DNA of 16,753 nt from Candidatus Helarchaeota ASGARD archaeon Hel_GB_B (GTDB taxonomy: Archaea; Asgardarchaeota; Lokiarchaeia; Helarchaeales; HEL-GB-B), in assembly GCA_005191425.1 (NCBI GenBank), contig SUPR01000075.1, positions 1 through 16,753 on the forward strand. Reading direction: 5' to 3'. Both the position numbers and the translations under genes were made by a program. This document shows positions 15,111 to 16,753 of this stretch, one piece after another. How positions within the stretch are numbered: position 1 is the stretch's first letter; each line of letters opens with the position of its first letter. The notes beneath the pieces are model-generated. The model ran no database searches. It was not told the DNA's origin and worked only from the letters and a program-made list of their open reading frames with translations.

Positions 15111-16283
15111 TTATGAATTTAAAATGTCCGTTAATTTATTTATTACGATTGCCAACGATTCTTTTTTTATGATTAATGGTGGTAGCATTCTAATTGTAGA
15201 TATTCCTGAAGTCAATAATAAAATACCCCTTTTGATAGCTTCTAATATAAATTTTTTGATTCTGATCCGGGTTTCAATAGCAACAAATAGACCTTTTCCT
15301 CGGATATCTCTAATTAATTTGGATTCTGATAAATTTTCTTTAAGTTCATCTAAAAGATAATCTCCTAGTTGTCTAGATTTTTCAGGTAATTTTTCATTTA
15401 TTACTATATCAATAACTGAGAGTGCCGCAGCACAAGCTAATGGATTTCCACCAAAAGTAGAAAAATGGTCTCCTTGACTTAATTTCGAATATATTTCATC
15501 GCTACTGACCGTGATTCCAATTGGTATTCCACCAGCAACTCCTTTTGCAAGACATAAAATATCTGGTTCAATCCCATAATGCTGAAAAGCAAATAATTTA
15601 CCTGTTCTGCCAAATCCTGTCTGAACTTCATCAATAATTAATAATAAATCTTTTTCATCACAAAGTTCTCGTAGTTCTTTATGGAATTCAGGTGGTGGTA
15701 ATATTACTCCACCCTCTCCTTGAATTATTTCAGTAATTATTGCACCTGTTTTTTTATTGATATTTGACCGAACATCATCGATATCACCGAACTTGGCATG
15801 TTTAAATCCAGGTACTAATGGTTCAAAAGGTCTTCGATAATTTATCTTCCAAGTTGCAGAAAGGGAACCAAATGTCCTGCCATGAAAACCTCCTGTCATT
15901 GATATAATTTCGTTTTTATCTTTTCCCTGATATTTTCTAACTAATTTAATAGCAGCTTCAACAGATTCTGTTCCAGAATTTGAAAAAAATGATCTTGTTA
16001 AATGTTTTGGGGTCAAGTCATTAATTTTTTTAGCTAACAAAGCTCTTTTATCATTAAAATATATAGTTGGACAGACCAATAATTCTGATGCTTGTTTTTG
16101 TATTGCTTTTGTTACTTTTGGGTGGCAATGTCCAACTAATGCAACTCCATTGCCTCCAGCGCAATCAATGTATTTCTTACCTTCAACATCCCAGACAAAT
16201 TCATCTTGGGCTTTTATAAGGACTATAGGACGTCTTGGGAATATAGCTGGGATATGATTATTTTCCATTTCAATAAATTCCAA
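15111..16283 (-). CDS. lysJ: Class III PLP aminotransferase, LysJ/ArgD type ([LysW]-aminoadipate semialdehyde / glutamate semialdehyde transaminase)
   Basis: YIDC.GG.GVALVGH, NSGTESVEAAIK, FHGRT, LSATW..NYRRPFEPL (LysJ-like), IQGEGG, DEVQTGFGRTG, LAKG..GG, STFGGNPLAC. TTG start with GGTGA at 16292-16288; alternative ATG at 16268. Confidence 0.85.
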   Translation of the reverse strand: MEFIEMENNHIPAIFPRRPIVLIKAQDEFVWDVEGKKYIDCAGGNGVALVGHCHPKVTKAIQKQASELLVCPTIYFNDKRALLAKKINDLTPKHLTRSFFSNSGTESVEAAIKLVRKYQGKDKNEIISMTGGFHGRTFGSLSATWKINYRRPFEPLVPGFKHAKFGDIDDVRSNINKKTGAIITEIIQGEGGVILPPPEFHKELRELCDEKDLLLIIDEVQTGFGRTGKLFAFQHYGIEPDILCLAKGVAGGIPIGITVSSDEIYSKLSQGDHFSTFGGNPLACAAALSVIDIVINEKLPEKSRQLGDYLLDELKENLSESKLIRDIRGKGLFVAIETRIRIKKFILEAIKRGILLLTSGISTIRMLPPLIIKKESLAIVINKLTDILNS

Positions 16284-16393
16284 AAAATCACCACATACTC
16301 TTCCATAGAATTAGTTCAATAATCTTTTGTTTTGTTTAAAACAAATATATACCAAATATGTTATGGATGAATTAAAAAGGATTAAATCGAGGA

Positions 16394-16753
16394 TTAAATC
16401 GGATGAATTCCAGGAAATACAAGGCCCATAGTTTCATCAAATCCGAACATTATATTCATTGATTGAACAGCAGACCCAGAAGCACCTTTGATCAAGTTGT
16501 CTAATGCAGAAAGAACTACAATTCTATTCATGGACTCGTCAATTTCAAATCCCACATCACAAAAATTAGAACCAATAACTATCTTGGGGTCGGGTAATCG
16601 AAAATTTCCAACTTTTTGTTTTATAATTCTGACAAATGGCTCATTATTATATTTTGCTCTAAAAAGTTTCCATAACTCTCTATCTTCTACAGTTCTATTA
16701 GTAAAAACTTGAATTGTGGTCAAAATGCCCCGTACCATACTAACACCATGAGC
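16394..16753 (-). CDS. lysY: 3' part (partial, runs off window) of LysY/ArgC-type N-acetyl-gamma-glutamyl-phosphate / [LysW]-aminoadipyl-phosphate reductase
   Basis: Frame is open to the window edge (AHGVSMVRGILTT). Motifs R.PDPK.V.GSNFCDVGFE, LDNLIKGASGSAVQ.MN and terminal FPGIHP fit the LysY subtype. Directly upstream of lysJ. Confidence 0.85.
   Translation of the reverse strand, partial: AHGVSMVRGILTTIQVFTNRTVEDRELWKLFRAKYNNEPFVRIIKQKVGNFRLPDPKIVIGSNFCDVGFEIDESMNRIVVLSALDNLIKGASGSAVQSMNIMFGFDETMGLVFPGIHPI

Noticed and set aside
5105-16393. Box C/D sRNAs, tRNAs or CRISPR repeats in intergenic regions
   Set aside because: No paired C (RUGAUGA) and D (CUGA) boxes at suitable spacing, no cloverleaf and no regularly spaced repeats.
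14641-16712. ORFs 14641-15018 (+), 15124-15360 (+) and 16488-16712 (+)
   Set aside because: The first is an out-of-frame overlap of the Zn-ribbon gene running into AT-rich spacer. The others are antisense to lysJ and lysY.

Overview
This is a very AT-rich archaeal window (I estimate under ~30% GC by eye; not counted). It most likely comes from an Asgard archaeon (Lokiarchaeia, possibly Helarchaeales). That placement is an inference from archaeal core genes (nop5 3' end, fibrillarin, ftsZ1-secE-spt5, lysY-lysJ) occurring with an ankyrin protein, a small GTPase, an Asgard-style Zn-ribbon protein and an MCR/ACR activation component A2 (atwA). Other contents are a three-gene FAD-oxidase / HdrD-GlcF-like Fe-S / FAD-oxidase operon, a B12-binding radical SAM enzyme and a YkgJ-family Cys-cluster protein. 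I see no rRNA, tRNA, CRISPR array or intact mobile element. The standout is a 173-aa protein (13024-13545, minus) with the compact architecture of eukaryotic E2F/DP cell-cycle transcription factors: an RRIYD winged helix, a leucine-zipper coiled coil and a possible marked-box-like beta region. It is convergent with ftsZ1-secE-spt5, in the position where rpl11 normally follows. All family calls come from motif recognition and remembered reference sequences; no searches were run.
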